Assembly: GCA_963806095.1 (NCBI GenBank)
Contig: CAWDWV010000002.1
Location: forward strand, 1,781,424-1,845,423
Source of the DNA: Thermoanaerobaculia bacterium
GTDB taxonomy: Bacteria; Acidobacteriota; Thermoanaerobaculia; Multivoradales; JAIOJS01
Length of the DNA stretch: 64,000 bases
Direction of reading: 5' to 3'
The position numbers and the translations under genes were made by a program. Below, piece after piece: positions 18,555 through 29,625 of the stretch. The notes under the pieces are model-generated. The model was given only the letters and a program-made list of their open reading frames with translations. It was not told the origin of the DNA and did no database searches. Every line of letters begins with the position of its first letter. Positions within the stretch are counted from its first letter, which is position 1.

Positions 18555-19637
18555 GTGCAGTCGAGCTTTCTTCTCTACGGCGCCTACGGTTACACCGGCG
18601 AGCTGATCGCGCGAGAGGCAAAGGCGCGGGGGCTGCGGCCGTTGCTGGCGGGGCGGGATGCGGGGCGGCTCGCTTCGCTGGCCGCGGAGCTCGGGTTGTC
18701 GTCGCGGGCGTTCGATCTTGGGGACCGCGCGGCGTTGGAGGCGGCGTTGGCGACGGTGCCTGCCGTGTTGCATTGCGCGGGGCCGTTCGTGCACACGTAT
18801 CGGCCGATGGTGGAGGCCTGCCTCGAGCGGCGGGTGTCGTACCTCGACATCACCGGCGAGGCCGACGTCTATCTTGGGCTCGCGGCGCTGGGCGATCGGG
18901 CGGCGGGGTTGGGGATCACGCTGCTGCCGGGAGTTGGTTTCGACGTGGCGCCTTCGGATTGCTTGGCGGCGCATCTCAAGAGAAGGCTGCCGACCGCCAC
19001 ACACCTGACGCTGGCATTTCGGCCCGACGCCGGGCCGTCGCGTGGCACGGCGCAGACGATGGCGGAGCACGCGCACGAGGGCGGGCTGGTGCGGCGCGAC
19101 GGCAAGCTCGCGCGCGTGCCGGTGGCGTGGAAGACGCGTGAGGTCGACTTCGGCGCCTCCGGTGCTTCGGCAGGATCTGGTCCACAGCCGGCAGTGACGA
19201 TCCCGTGGGGCGACGTGGTGACGGCGTGGTACAGCACCGGCATTCCCAACATCGAGGTCTACATGGCGATGCCGGAGGCGACCATCCGGCAGCTGCGGCG
19301 CGGGCGTGCGCTCGTCGGTCTGATGAAGTTGCCGTTCGTGCGGAAGATGGCGGCGGCGCGGGCGCGGCGGCGGCCGGCGGGGCCGTCGGCCGACAAGCTG
19401 GCGCGCGGCGAGACGCGGCTGTGGGGCGAGGCGCGCGACGCCGCGGGCGCCGTCGTCGCTTCGCGGCTGCGTGGGCCGCAGGCCTATCGCTGGACCGTGC
19501 TCACCGCCCTCGCCGCCGTCGAGCGGGTGTGCGCCGGCGAGGCGCCGCACGGCTTCACCACGCCCGCGGCGGCATTCGGCCCCGACTTCGTCCTCGGACC
19601 CGGCGTCGAGCGCGAGGACCTGCCGGCCGGCAGCTAA
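18555..19637 (+). CDS. Saccharopine dehydrogenase NADP-binding domain protein
   Basis: LYGAYGYTG, HCAGPF, YLDITGE, GFDVAPSD. Confidence 0.9.
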   Translation: MQSSFLLYGAYGYTGELIAREAKARGLRPLLAGRDAGRLASLAAELGLSSRAFDLGDRAALEAALATVPAVLHCAGPFVHTYRPMVEACLERRVSYLDITGEADVYLGLAALGDRAAGLGITLLPGVGFDVAPSDCLAAHLKRRLPTATHLTLAFRPDAGPSRGTAQTMAEHAHEGGLVRRDGKLARVPVAWKTREVDFGASGASAGSGPQPAVTIPWGDVVTAWYSTGIPNIEVYMAMPEATIRQLRRGRALVGLMKLPFVRKMAAARARRRPAGPSADKLARGETRLWGEARDAAGAVVASRLRGPQAYRWTVLTALAAVERVCAGEAPHGFTTPAAAFGPDFVLGPGVEREDLPAGS

Positions 19638-20258
19638 TCCTCGCCGATCGCGTAGTCGACCTGGGCGCGGAAGCGCGCGCGGTCGGCGTCGAAGGCGCCT
19701 GCGGGCGATCACCGCGTCGACGGATCCGGCGGTGGGCTCGGCGCGGTCGAGGGCGAGGACGCCGTCGAGGTGGTCGAGCTCGTGCTGGAGCAGCTCGGCG
19801 AGCGCGCGCGGCACGCGGTCCCAGTGACGCGCGACGCCGCCGCCGTCGCGGAAGCGCAGCGACACCGAGGCGTGACGGCGGACGCGCACCAGCAGCCAGG
19901 GGAAGCTCATGCAGTCGTCCCACAGCGTGAAGGTCTCGGCGCTGCGCCAGGTGAGCTCGGGGTCGAGCAACAGCAGCGGGCCTGGTTTGCCGAATCCGGA
20001 CGGGCCGCCGTCGGGGTAGCCGCCGTCGCCGAGGTCCATCGCCACCATTCGGCGCAGCACGCCGATCTGCGGCGCCGCGATGGCGCGGCCGAAGCCGCGG
20101 GCGACGCGGAAGGCGGCGAGCGTCGCATGCAATCGCGCCGCGTCGGCGTCGAGCTGCGCGCGGTCGTTAGCCGCCAGATCGCCGAGCGGGCCCACCGGCG
20201 CGCAAATCGCGCGCAGTGCTGGGTGCCCGAGCTCGAGCACGGACGCGGCCGACGTCAT
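19634..20258 (-). CDS. def: Peptide deformylase-like protein (frameshift near C-terminus)
   Basis: GRAIAAPQIG, WDDCMS, QHELDHLDG. Confidence 0.85.
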
Positions 20259-20315
20259 GGCCGGCATTGTAGGACCGGCGCGCTGCGGCCGGCCGCGCGG
20301 TAGGCTCGCGCGTCG

Positions 20316-21871
20316 ATGAACTTCTGGGACCTGCTGCTCGTCGCCCGTCAACGCGACCCCACGGCGCCGGCGCTACAGCTCGCCGACGGACGCACCTACT
20401 CGCACGCCGAGCTGCACGCCGCCGCCGAGCGCTGGGCCGCCGTCCTCCTGGCGCACGGCGTCGAGCCCGGCGAGCGGGTCGCACTCTGGCTCGGCAACCG
20501 CGAGGAGACGGTGCTCGCCTACCTCGCGGCGCTGCGCCTCGGCGCCGTCGCGGTGCCGCTCAACCTCGCTTACCGCCGCGGCGAGCTCGCGCACGTCCTC
20601 GCCGACGCCTCGCCACGCCTCCTTCTCACCGACCGCGAGCAGCTCGCCGTCCTCGACGAAGTAGGCCGCGACGTCCTCGGCGTAGTGCCGCTCGCGTTGG
20701 TCGAGGAGCTGGCTGAAGGGCTGGCCGACGAGTTGGGCAAAGAGCTGGACGCAGGTTCGGGGCTGGCTGGCGAAAGCCACGAGGTGGGGCGCGCCGGGGG
20801 GAGGGCTCCTGGCGGCGACGACCTCGCCATGCTGCTCTACACCTCCGGCACCACCGGCCGCAGCAAGGGCGCCATGCTCACCCACAACAACGTCCTCGCC
20901 ACCGTCACCGGCCTGCTGGCAGCGTGGGCCTGGGAGCCGCGCGACCGCCTGCTGCTGACGCTGCCGATCTTCCACACCCACGGTCTGGTGGTCGGCCTCT
21001 TCACCGCCCTCGCGGCCGGCGCGTCGGTGCGGCTGCGCCGGCGCTTCGATGCCGCGGCCGTGATCGCCGAGCTTGCCGCCAACGAGGCGACGCTCTTCTT
21101 CGGCGTGCCGACGATGTACGTCCGGCTCGTGGAAGCGCTGCAGGCCGAGAGCGCCGGCGATCGCCTGCGCAACCTCCGCCTCTTCTGCTGCGGCAGCGCG
21201 CCCCTCGCGCCCGAGACTTTCCACGCCTTCGCCGCCGCCACCGGCCATCAGATCCTCGAGCGCTACGGCATGACCGAGACCGGGATGCTGCTCTCCAACC
21301 CATACGCCGGCGAGCGCCTGCCCGGCACCGTCGGCACGCCCCTGCCCGGCGTCTCGCTACGCATCGTCGACCGCGACGACAACGAGCTGCCGGCGGGCGA
21401 GGAGGGCGAGCTCCACGTGCGCGGCAGCAACGTCTTCGCCGGCTACTGGCGCGACGCGGCAAAGACGGCCGAGAGCTTCGCCGTCGACGACGGTCGGCCA
21501 ACCGCTGGTTCCGCACCGGCGACCTCGGCCGCGTCGACCCCGCGACCGGCCACGTGACGCTGCTCGGCCGCGGCCGCGAGCTCATCCTGCGCGGCGGCTT
21601 CAACGTCTACCCGCGCGAGGTCGAGGAGGTGCTCGAGCTCTTCCCCGCCGTGCGCGAGGCGGCGGTCGTCGGCCGCCCGCACCCGGAGTGGGGCGAGGTG
21701 CCCGTCGCCTTCCTCGTCGTCGAAGTCGAGCTCGAGCTCGACGAAGCGGCACTGCTCGCTCACTGCGCAGCCGAGCTGGCGCGCTTCAAGCTGCCCGTGG
21801 CGTTCCGCTACGTCGAGGCGCTGCCGCGCAACGCGCTGGGCAAGGTGCAGAAGCACCTCCTCCCGCCGTAG
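20316..21871 (+). CDS. Acyl-CoA synthetase, malonyl-CoA synthetase (MatB)-like (frameshift near 21495)
   Basis: YTSGTTGRSKG, LPIFHTHGL, ERYGMTE, WFRTGD, LPRNALGKVQK. Confidence 0.88.
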
Positions 21872-21874
21872 GCG

Positions 21875-22489
21875 CTACCGTCGCCGGTCTGCGAGCACCC
21901 CCAGCAAAGCGCCGAGCGAGACGCCGGATGCGGCCGTCGCGACCAGCAAGTGGTAGAGCAAGTCCGCCCCTTCCTCGGCCACCCGATTGGGGTCGCCGGC
22001 GGCGCAGGAGAGGGCGAGCTCGGTGGCCTCCTCGCCGAGCTTCTTGAGCCGGAGGTTGGAGTCCTCCAGCAGCCGGCGCGTGTAGCTCGGCGGCGTGCTG
22101 GTTGCTTCGCGCGCGGTCGCGCGGTCGGCGATGACGTCGGCGAGCTCCGCGAGCACCGGCGGCGCGTCAAAGCAGCTCCGCGCCCCGGTGTGGCAAGTGG
22201 GGCCCTGCGGCTCGACGCGCGCCAGCACGGTGTCGCCGTCGCAGTCGGCGTGCAGGGAGACGACCCGCAGGTGGTTGCCGCTCGTCTCCCCTTTGCGCCA
22301 AAGACAGCTGCGCGTCCGTGACCAGAACCACAGCTCGCCGTCGCGCCGCGTGGCGGCGAGCGCGGCGCGGTTCGCGAAGCCCAGCATGAGCACCTCGCCG
22401 CTGCGCGCGTCCTGGGCGATCACCGGCACCAGGCCGCCGAGCTTCGCGAAGTCGAGCCCGTCGAGGTCCGCCTCGGTGGCGAGGATCAC
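21875..22489 (-). CDS. hisIE: Bifunctional PR-AMP cyclohydrolase / PR-ATP pyrophosphatase
   Basis: KGETSG, DCDGD, CHTG, KKLGEEA, DLLYH. Confidence 0.95.
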   Translation of the reverse strand: MILATEADLDGLDFAKLGGLVPVIAQDARSGEVLMLGFANRAALAATRRDGELWFWSRTRSCLWRKGETSGNHLRVVSLHADCDGDTVLARVEPQGPTCHTGARSCFDAPPVLAELADVIADRATAREATSTPPSYTRRLLEDSNLRLKKLGEEATELALSCAAGDPNRVAEEGADLLYHLLVATAASGVSLGALLGVLADRRR

Positions 22490-23289
22490 GGTCCCACCTC
22501 CAGCAGGGCACGCACCTCGGCGGCCAGCGCGGCGTTGGTGGCGACAGCCGAGCCGGTGGGGTAGGCGCGCTCACCGTGCCAGCTGGTGAACACCCCGCCG
22601 GCTTCCTCGATGATCGGCGCCAGCGGTGCCACGTCCCAGGGGGCCATCACCGGGTCGAGCATCACCTCCGCCCGGCCGGTGGCGACGAGGGCATAGCCGT
22701 AGCAGTCTCCCCAGGTGCGCACCGAGCCGGCGGCGCGGCGCAAGCGTTCCCACCCGGCGGCGCCGTGGCGGCGCTCGCTCCCTTCGACGTCGGTCGTGAG
22801 CACCAGGGCGCGGTCGAGGCGGGCCTCCGTCGAGACGCGGGCGCGGGCGCCCTTGTGCCAGCAGCCTTCGCCGCGCGCGGCCGCCACCGTCTCGCCGAGG
22901 GCGGGGAGGTGGATGACGCCGAGCACCGGCGTGCCCGTCTCCACAAGTGCCAGCAGCACTCCAAAGAGAGGCACGCCGCGCACGAAGGAGCGGGTGCCGT
23001 CGATGGGGTCGATGACCCAGCAACGCCGCGCCGCCGGGGACGATGCGGCCGCCGGTTCGCGCGGGCTCTCGCCGAGCTCCTCGCCCAGGAGATCGTCCGC
23101 CGGAAAGCGGCTGGCGATCGCCTCGCGGATGAGCCGCTCGGCCTCGCGATCCGCCGCGGTGACCGGCGAGCCGTCGGCCTTGGTCTCGACGGCGAGATCG
23201 CGGCGAAACCAGCGGAGGGTGACCTGCCCGGCCTGCGTGGCAACGTCCACGGCGAAGTCGAGCAGGTCCCCATAGCTCTCGTTACTCAT
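22486..23289 (-). CDS. hisN: Histidinol-phosphatase (inositol monophosphatase family)
   Basis: [28 protein letters not shown]; within the his operon. Confidence 0.88.
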   Translation of the reverse strand: MSNESYGDLLDFAVDVATQAGQVTLRWFRRDLAVETKADGSPVTAADREAERLIREAIASRFPADDLLGEELGESPREPAAASSPAARRCWVIDPIDGTRSFVRGVPLFGVLLALVETGTPVLGVIHLPALGETVAAARGEGCWHKGARARVSTEARLDRALVLTTDVEGSERRHGAAGWERLRRAAGSVRTWGDCYGYALVATGRAEVMLDPVMAPWDVAPLAPIIEEAGGVFTSWHGERAYPTGSAVATNAALAAEVRALLEVGP

Positions 23290-24059
23290 GCGGCCTCCGC
23301 GGGCGCTTGCCGCACGGGGATTCCCGTCTCCGCCAGCGCGCGCTTGAGCGCTCCCACGGTGGTCTGGCCGTCGTGAAGGATTCCCGCCACCAGCGCGGCG
23401 TCGGCGCCGGCGACCAAGAAGGCGTCACGAAGGTGGTCGGCGCAGCCGGCCCCGCCGGAGGCGACGACCGGCACGCTGACCGCTCGCACCACCGCGCCGG
23501 TGAGCTCGAGGTCGTAGCCTTCGCGGCGGCCGTCTTCGTCGACGCTGGTGATCAGCACCTCTCCGGCGCCGAGCTCGGCGCAGCGGCGAGCCCAGTCGAC
23601 GGCGTCGAGGCCGGTGGCCTGGCGGCCGCCGTGGGTGAAGACGCGATAGCGCCCCGCCTCGCGGCGAGCGTCGATGCTCGCCACCACGCACTGGCTGCCG
23701 AAGCGGTCGGCGGCCTCGCCGAGCAGCGCCGGCCGGCGCACGGCGGCGCTGTTGACGCTCACCTTGTCGGCGCCGGCCAGCAGCGCCGCCTCGACGTCGG
23801 CGAGCTCGCGAATGCCGCCGCCGACGGTGAGCGGCACGAAGAGGGTCTCGGCCGTACGTCGCACGACGTCGAGCAGCGTCGCCCGACCGGCCGCGGCGGC
23901 GGCGACGTCGAGGATGACCACCTCGTCGGCGCCCGCGGCCTCGTAACGGGCGGCCAGCTCTGCCGGGTCGCCGACGGCGCGCAGGCCGGCGAAACGCACG
24001 CCCTTGACCACCTGGTCGCCCCGCACGTCGAGACAGACGATCACTCGGCGGCGCAGCAC
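23286..24059 (-). CDS. hisF: Imidazole glycerol phosphate synthase cyclase subunit
   Basis: [31 protein letters not shown]. Confidence 0.95.
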   Translation of the reverse strand: MLRRRVIVCLDVRGDQVVKGVRFAGLRAVGDPAELAARYEAAGADEVVILDVAAAAAGRATLLDVVRRTAETLFVPLTVGGGIRELADVEAALLAGADKVSVNSAAVRRPALLGEAADRFGSQCVVASIDARREAGRYRVFTHGGRQATGLDAVDWARRCAELGAGEVLITSVDEDGRREGYDLELTGAVVRAVSVPVVASGGAGCADHLRDAFLVAGADAALVAGILHDGQTTVGALKRALAETGIPVRQAPAEAA

Positions 24060-24060
24060 G

Positions 24061-24630
24061 TCACACCTCCTCCTCGTCGAGGGCCGCCGGTTCCCAGGCG
24101 ACCTCGACGGCTCCCTTGGTCGAGAACGGGTTCGCGGTCTCCACCAACGCCTGGCGCAGGGCGAGGCCGAGCGCCTTCATCGTCGCCTCCACCACGTGAT
24201 GGCGGTCGCGGCCGCGCAGCACCTGCACGTGCAAGGTGAGCGCGGCGTTCTCCGCCAGCGAGCGGAGGGCGTGGTCCCACAGCGGCACCGGCAGCGGGCC
24301 TTCGTAGTAGGCGCGGCCGCCGAGGTCGACTGCCACCTGCACCAGCGCGTCGTCCATGGGGACGATGGCCTGGCCGTATCGCGCGCAGGCCGCCGGCACC
24401 TCGGCGCGCAGGGCGAGACCGAGGGTGATGGCGACGTCCTCGACGAGGTGGTGGCGGAGGTCGCCCTGTGCCGCCACGGCGAGGTGGAGGTCGGCGTAGC
24501 GCGCCAACGTCGCGAGCATGTGATCGAGAAAGGCGTCGCCGGTGACGATCGACTCGGAGTCGTCACCGCGGTTGCGGGCGAGGGTCAGGTGCACGCGCGT
24601 CTCGCGCGTTTCGCGTCGCAGGCTCTTCAT
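24061..24630 (-). CDS. hisB: Imidazoleglycerol-phosphate dehydratase
   Basis: RETRET, FLDHML, HHLVED, PMDDAL, HHVVEA, STKG. Confidence 0.93.
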   Translation of the reverse strand: MKSLRRETRETRVHLTLARNRGDDSESIVTGDAFLDHMLATLARYADLHLAVAAQGDLRHHLVEDVAITLGLALRAEVPAACARYGQAIVPMDDALVQVAVDLGGRAYYEGPLPVPLWDHALRSLAENAALTLHVQVLRGRDRHHVVEATMKALGLALRQALVETANPFSTKGAVEVAWEPAALDEEEV

Positions 24631-25382
24631 GCTGGGCGCTCCTCGGGGCGTGAGTGCCGATACCGGCTGGCGATCCGATACCGACTGGCAACGTGCGGTG
24701 CGTCGAGCGCGCCGGTGTAGAGGGCCATCCCGAGGACGGCACCGGCCACGCCGGCGCTCTCCAGCGCCGCGAGATCTGCGGCGTCGCGAATGCCGCCGGC
24801 GGCGATCAACGGGTGGGTGGAGGTTTCGACCAGCGCGCGGAAGAGGGCAGCGTCGACGCCCTCCATCCGCCCCTCGCGGCCGACGTCGGTCACCAGGACG
24901 GCGGCGAGCGGCAGCTCGCCGAGGGCGGCAACCAGCGCGTGCACGCTGCCGCCGGCGCCCTGACGCCAGCCGTGGGTGACCACCTCGCCGCCGCGGCAAT
25001 CCGCAGCGACCACCAACCGGCCCGGATGCGCCGCGGCAACCTCGGCTAGCCATCGCCGGTCGCGCACGGCGCGTGTGCCGACGATCGCGCGCGCGGCGCC
25101 GATCCCCAGCGCCCACTCCACGTCGGCGGTCCCGCGCAGCCCGCCGCCCACCTGCACCGGTACCGCGGCGGCGGTGACGAGCGCGGCGATCGCGGCACGG
25201 TTGTCGCCCTGTCCGAGCGCGGCGTCGAGATCGACGACGTGCAGGGCAGGGAAGCCGGCCTCGACCCATCGACGTGCAACGGCCGGCGGATCGGGCAGCG
25301 ACACCGCCCGGCGCTCGGGGCGGCCGCCCACGAGCTGCACCACCTCGCCGCCGAGGAGGTCGAGCGCCGGGTAGGCGATCAC
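24627..25382 (-). CDS. hisA: ProFAR isomerase
   Basis: YPALDLLGGEVVQL, HVVDLDAA, VQVGGGLR, TDVGREG. Confidence 0.93.
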   Translation of the reverse strand: MIAYPALDLLGGEVVQLVGGRPERRAVSLPDPPAVARRWVEAGFPALHVVDLDAALGQGDNRAAIAALVTAAAVPVQVGGGLRGTADVEWALGIGAARAIVGTRAVRDRRWLAEVAAAHPGRLVVAADCRGGEVVTHGWRQGAGGSVHALVAALGELPLAAVLVTDVGREGRMEGVDAALFRALVETSTHPLIAAGGIRDAADLAALESAGVAGAVLGMALYTGALDAPHVASRYRIASRYRHSRPEERPA

Positions 25383-25972
25383 GCGGCGGCCTCCAGGAAG
25401 TTGTGCAGCAACCGCAGCCCTGCCGCGCCGCTCTTCTCGGGGTGGAACTGCACGCCCCAGGTGCGCCGGCGACGGACGACGGCAGCGAAGCGCTCGTCGC
25501 CGTGACGGCTCCACGCCAGCTCGCCGGTGGGCTCGGCCAGCGGCGCGTAGCTGTGGGCGAAGTAGGCGAGCAGAAGATCGACTCCGCCGAAGAGCGGATC
25601 GGGCTGCGCGACGACGACGTCGTTCCAGCCCATGTGCGGCAGGGGCCGCGCGGTGAGGCGGCGGACGCGGCCGGGGAAGAGACCGAGCCCCGCCCCTTCC
25701 CCCTCGTCGCTTGCCGTGAAGAGGAGTTGCATGCCGAGGCAGATGCCCAGGCACGGGTGGCCGCCGGCGAGCGCGTCACCCACGCGCTGCCGGGCCTCCG
25801 CGAGGCGGGCGGCGGCGGCACCGAAGGCGCCCACGCCGGGCAGCACCAGAGCGTCGGCGGCGAGGGCGGCGTCGGCGCTCGTCTCGACGCGCACCGCCGC
25901 CCCTTGGCGTTGCAGCGCTTTGCCCAGCGAGTGCAGGTTGCCGACGCCGAGGTCGAGGATGGCGACGTTCAC
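25379..25972 (-). CDS. hisH: IGP synthase glutamine amidotransferase subunit
   Basis: GNLHS, LPGVGAF, GICLGMQ, PHMGWN, QFHPEKS. Confidence 0.95.
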   Translation of the reverse strand: MNVAILDLGVGNLHSLGKALQRQGAAVRVETSADAALAADALVLPGVGAFGAAAARLAEARQRVGDALAGGHPCLGICLGMQLLFTASDEGEGAGLGLFPGRVRRLTARPLPHMGWNDVVVAQPDPLFGGVDLLLAYFAHSYAPLAEPTGELAWSRHGDERFAAVVRRRRTWGVQFHPEKSGAAGLRLLHNFLEAAA

Positions 25973-28416
25973 GAGGCCCTTCCTTGTTGCGGAGTGCCGA
26001 GCACCACGGCATCGAGGGCGGCGAGGAAACGCTCCATCAACGGCCACGGGCCGAGGCCGACGCGGAACCCGTCGCCGAGGCGCGGCAGACCGGGGAAGGC
26101 TCGCACGGCCACGCCTCGTGCGCGCAGGGCGGCGGCGAGCCCGGACGCGCCGCCTACGGCGAGCGCGACCGAGGACGGCAGCGACACGAAGAGGAAGTTC
26201 GCCGCCGAGGGGAGTGGCGGCAGCCCGCGCTCGCGCAGCGCGGCCGCCAGGCGTTCCCGGCTGGTCACCACTTGTCGCACTCCCTCCTCGACCCAGCCGT
26301 CGTCGGCGCCGAGCGCGGCGAGCGCCGCCGCCTCGGCCACCGCTCCGACCTTGTACGGCCCGCGCGCTTTGTCGATGGCGACGATGAGGGGAGCAGGGCC
26401 GACCGCGTAACCCACGCGCAGCCCGGCGAGCCCCCACGCCTTCGACAGCGTGCGCAGCACGACGACGTTGCGTCGTCGTTGCCGCCCAGGCGCGCAGGTC
26501 CTCGCCGGCGAAGTCGGCGTAGGCCTCGTCGACGACGACGAGCGGCGAGCGGTCCCCGTCGCGCCGCCGGCCGCGACGCGCTCCACCGCCGCGCGCGCCC
26601 ACAGCGTGCCGGTGGGGTTGTTGGGCCGGCAGAGGTAGATCACCGCGGGATCGCACGCCAGCAGGGCCTCGGGATCGAGGGCCAGCTCATCCGCCAGCGG
26701 CACCGGTACCGGCAGCGCGCCGTTGGCTCGCGCGAAGGAGGGGACGATGCCGAAGGTGGGCGCCGGGAAGGCAACCCTGGCCCCGGGCTCGCAGAAGGCG
26801 CGGAGGGCGGCGTCGATGAGGTCGTCGGAGCCGCAGCCGGTGGTGACGTTGTCGACCTCGACCCCGGCGAGCTCGGCGAGGCGGGCACGCAAGGCCGTCG
26901 CGTAGGGAGTGGGGTAGCGCGTCACCGCCGAGGACGAGACGCCGGCGAGTAGAGATCGCACGGCCGGGGGCGGTCCTGCGAGGTTGGTGTTGTCGCTCAG
27001 GTCGATCTCGCACGGCTCGCGCCCCGGGTCGTAGCGCGCCAGCTCCTCGTATCCCCGCCGTGGCTGCGGCCCTGCTTTGCAATCCGCTCGCAGAGGCCTC
27101 GGGATCGGCGCGTCTGCGGCCGCCGGCGCGGCGCGCAGCGAGGCGGCGAGCGCGTGTGCCGGCAGCCCCTCGGCGTTGGCCAGAGCGGCGGTGACGCCGG
27201 CGAGCTCGGCCGCCGCGCCGGCGGTCACCTCCTGGTAGGTGGTGGCACGCAGGAAGTCGGTGGTGGAGAGCCCCGACCAGCCCCGCGCCAGGCCGGCGGT
27301 CGGCAGCACGTGGTTGGCGCCGGTCAGGTAGTCGCCGAAGACGACCGAGCTCGCAGCGCCGAGGACGACGGTGCCGGCGCAGCGCACGCGAGCGAGCGCG
27401 GCGCGCGGGTCGGCCACCAGCAGCGCCAGGTGCTCGGGTGCGTAGCGGCTCGCGAAGTCGAGCGCCGCGCCGAGCGACGACGCCACCAGCAGCGCGCCGC
27501 GAGCCGCCAGCGCGGCGGCGATGACCTCGCGGCGCAGTTGTCCCGGCAGCAGCGCGGCGAGCTCGGCGAGGACTCTCGCCGGCAGGCCGGGATCGGTGCT
27601 CACCAGCACGGCGGCGGCGTCGGGGTCGTGCTCGGCCTGCGCCATCAGCTCGGCCGCCACCAACACGGGGATGCCGTCTCGTCGGCCACCACGAGCATCT
27701 CCGAGGGCCCGGCCGGGGCGTCGAAGGCGACGACGCCGGCGAGCTGCCGCTTGGCCTCGGTGACGTAGGCGTTGCCAGGCCCGACGACCTTGTCCACCGG
27801 CGGCACGCTCTCGGTGCCGAAGGCCATGGCCGCCACCGCGCCGGCGCCGCCGAGCGCGAACAGGCGGTCGGCGCCCGCGAGCGCGCAGGCGGCGAGCACC
27901 GCGGCGGGCGGCTCGCCTGGCTCGCCGGAAGGCCCCGGCGGCGAGCAGACGATGACCTCGCCGACGCCGGCGACGCGCGCCGGCACGACGCCCATCAGCA
28001 CGCTGCTGGGGTAGGCGGCGCGCCCGCCGGGCGCGTAGACGCCGACGCGGCGCAGGGGCTCGAAGAGCCGGCCGACGCGCACGCCCGGGGCTCACCTCGA
28101 CCTCGAGCGGCGCCGGAAGCTGCGCCCGGTGGAAGCGCGCGATCGCGGCCGCCGCCTGCCGCAGCCCGTCCCGCACCGCCGCCGGAAGCTCGGCGAGGGC
28201 CGCCTGCCAGCGCTCGCGCGGCACCTCCAGCACCGCCAGCTCGACGCCGTCGAAGCGGCGGGCGAGGTCGCGCAACGCCGCGTCGCCGCCCGCCCGCACG
28301 GCTGCCACGACGACGGCTACGGCGTCGGCAACGCCAGGGTCGGTGGCGCGGCCACGGTCGAACAGGCGCCGCTCCTGCTCGCTGTTCAGCGTCTCCAGCC
28401 TTCCCGTCACCGCCAT
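25969..28416 (-). CDS. hisD/hisC: Histidinol dehydrogenase apparently fused to histidinol-phosphate aminotransferase (internal frameshifts)
   Basis: HisD motifs [34 protein letters not shown] run in frame into HisC motifs [36 protein letters not shown]. Confidence 0.85.
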   Translation of the reverse strand: MAVTGRLETLNSEQERRLFDRGRATDPGVADAVAVVVAAVRAGGDAALRDLARRFDGVELAVLEVPRERWQAALAELPAAVRDGLRQAAAAIARFHRAQLPAPLEVEVSPGRARRPALRAPAPRRRLRARRARRLPQQRADGRRAGARRRRRRGHRLLAAGAFRRARRAARRGARRLRARGRRPPVRARRRRRGGGHGLRHRERAAGGQGRRAWQRLRHRGQAAARRRRRLRRPGRALGDARGGRRDGIPVLVAAELMAQAEHDPDAAAVLVSTDPGLPARVLAELAALLPGQLRREVIAAALAARGALLVASSLGAALDFASRYAPEHLALLVADPRAALARVRCAGTVVLGAASSVVFGDYLTGANHVLPTAGLARGWSGLSTTDFLRATTYQEVTAGAAAELAGVTAALANAEGLPAHALAASLRAAPAAADAPIPRPLRADCKAGPQPRRGYEELARYDPGREPCEIDLSDNTNLAGPPPAVRSLLAGVSSSAVTRYPTPYATALRARLAELAGVEVDNVTTGCGSDDLIDAALRAFCEPGARVAFPAPTFGIVPSFARANGALPVPVPLADELALDPEALLACDPAVIYLCRPNNPTGTLWARAAVERVAAGGATGTARRSSSSTRPTPTSPARTCAPGRQRRRNVVVLRTLSKAWGLAGLRVGYAVGPAPLIVAIDKARGPYKVGAVAEAAALAALGADDGWVEEGVRQVVTSRERLAAALRERGLPPLPSAANFLFVSLPSSVALAVGGASGLAAALRARGVAVRAFPGLPRLGDGFRVGLGPWPLMERFLAALDAVVLGTPQQGRAS

Positions 28417-28468
28417 CGCCGGCGGCGCCGGCGCGACAGACGCGATCGGGGGCTCAGCGCGGTGTCGC

Positions 28469-29337
28469 TCACGGCATCAACCTCTCGATGCGGGTGACCA
28501 GGATCCCCTCGGCGCCGATGCTCTTGAGCTCGGCGATCAGCCGGTAGACGTCGCCGCGGTCGACGACCGCGTGCGCCGCCACCAGGGCGCCGCCGTCGAG
28601 CACGTCGACGATGGTGGGCCCCGAGATGCCGGGCAGGATCTTGCGGATGGCCGACAAGCGCGGCGCGCGGCACGTTGGCCATCAGGTAGCGCTTGTCCTT
28701 GGCCGCCAGCACCGAGGAGAGGGCGGTGGTCAGCTCGCGCACCGGCCGCGCGTGGGCCTCCTCGCCTGCGAAGCCGGGGCGCGTCGACCAGCACGGCGGT
28801 GGACTCGAGCACGGTGTCCACCTCGCGCAGCCCGTTGACCTTGAGCGTCGAGCCGGTGGAGACGAGGTCGACGATGACGTCGGCGACCCCGAGGTGGGGC
28901 GCCAGCTCGGCGGCGCCGGAGATCGGCACCAGCACGACCTCGTTGCCGTGGGCGCGGAAGTAGCGGCCGGCGAGGTTGGGGAAGGAGGTCGCCACGCGCG
29001 CGCCGGCCGGGACGTCGGCGGCGCTGTGGATGGCGGCGTCCTCGCGGGCCGCCACCGCCAGCCGGCAGCGCCCGAAGCCGAGGTCGAGCGCCACCTCGAG
29101 CTCGCGGCCCGATTCCGCCACCAGGTCGCGGCCGGTGATGCCGAGGTCGGCGGCGCCGTCGGCCACCAGCTCGGGGATGTCGTTGGCGCGCACGAAGAGG
29201 CCCAGCAGCCCGCCTCCCAGCGGCGCCTGCAGGGCGCGCTCGCTGCGCTGCGGATCCGGCTCGAGCCCCGCCTGCTCGAGCAGGCTGCGCGTGCCTTCTG
29301 CCAACCTTCCCTTGTTCGGTAGTGCGATGCGGATCAT
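28469..29337 (-). CDS. hisG: ATP phosphoribosyltransferase, long form (frameshifts near 28780 and 28660)
   Basis: IALPNKGRL, DLGITGRD, DVIVDLVSTGSTL; C-terminal regulatory domain LPGISGPT...GAEGILV. Confidence 0.93.
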
Positions 29338-29367
29338 CGTCGTCGTTCCTCGCCGTTCTGCGGGCAT

Positions 29368-29404
29368 AAAAAAACCGCGGCCCGTGGAGTACACGGGCCG
29401 CGGT
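29368..29404 (-). terminator. Attenuator terminator upstream of hisG
   Basis: Minus strand ACCGCGGCCCGTG-TACTC-CACGGGCCGCGGT followed by a T run. Confidence 0.9.
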
Positions 29405-29442
29405 GGAGGTTCCGGACTGGGCGCTGTGCTGTTACTTAGGCG

Positions 29443-29517
29443 CTAGCCGTCCCCCGCGCGACCCACGCAGGCATGGTGGTGCAGATGGTGACGGTGGGCG
29501 CGGGAGGAGACGATCAC
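29443..29517 (-). CDS. hisL: His operon leader peptide (24 aa)
   Basis: GTG start, MIVSSRAHRHHLHHHACVGRAGDG; six His codons in eight positions, upstream of the terminator. Confidence 0.8.
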   Translation of the reverse strand: MIVSSRAHRHHLHHHACVGRAGDG

Positions 29518-29523
29518 GGTGAC

Positions 29524-29553
29524 AACGTACTCCCCAGGCAAGCAGGTTGTCAA
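29524..29553 (-). promoter_or_regulatory. his operon promoter
   Basis: TTGACA (29553-29548), 18-nt spacer, TACGTT (29529-29524); leader GTG follows after 6 nt. Confidence 0.75.
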
Positions 29554-29625
29554 CGGGGGGCGACCGGCGCGGATGGGACGAAGGTCCCATTCGCGTTCGC
29601 GGTCCGATTGCCTAACGTGGCCTCC

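Noticed and set aside
24061-25821. 586-aa HisB and 425-aa HisH ORF calls
   Set aside because: These are shadow extensions over neighbouring genes; true starts are 24630 and 25972.
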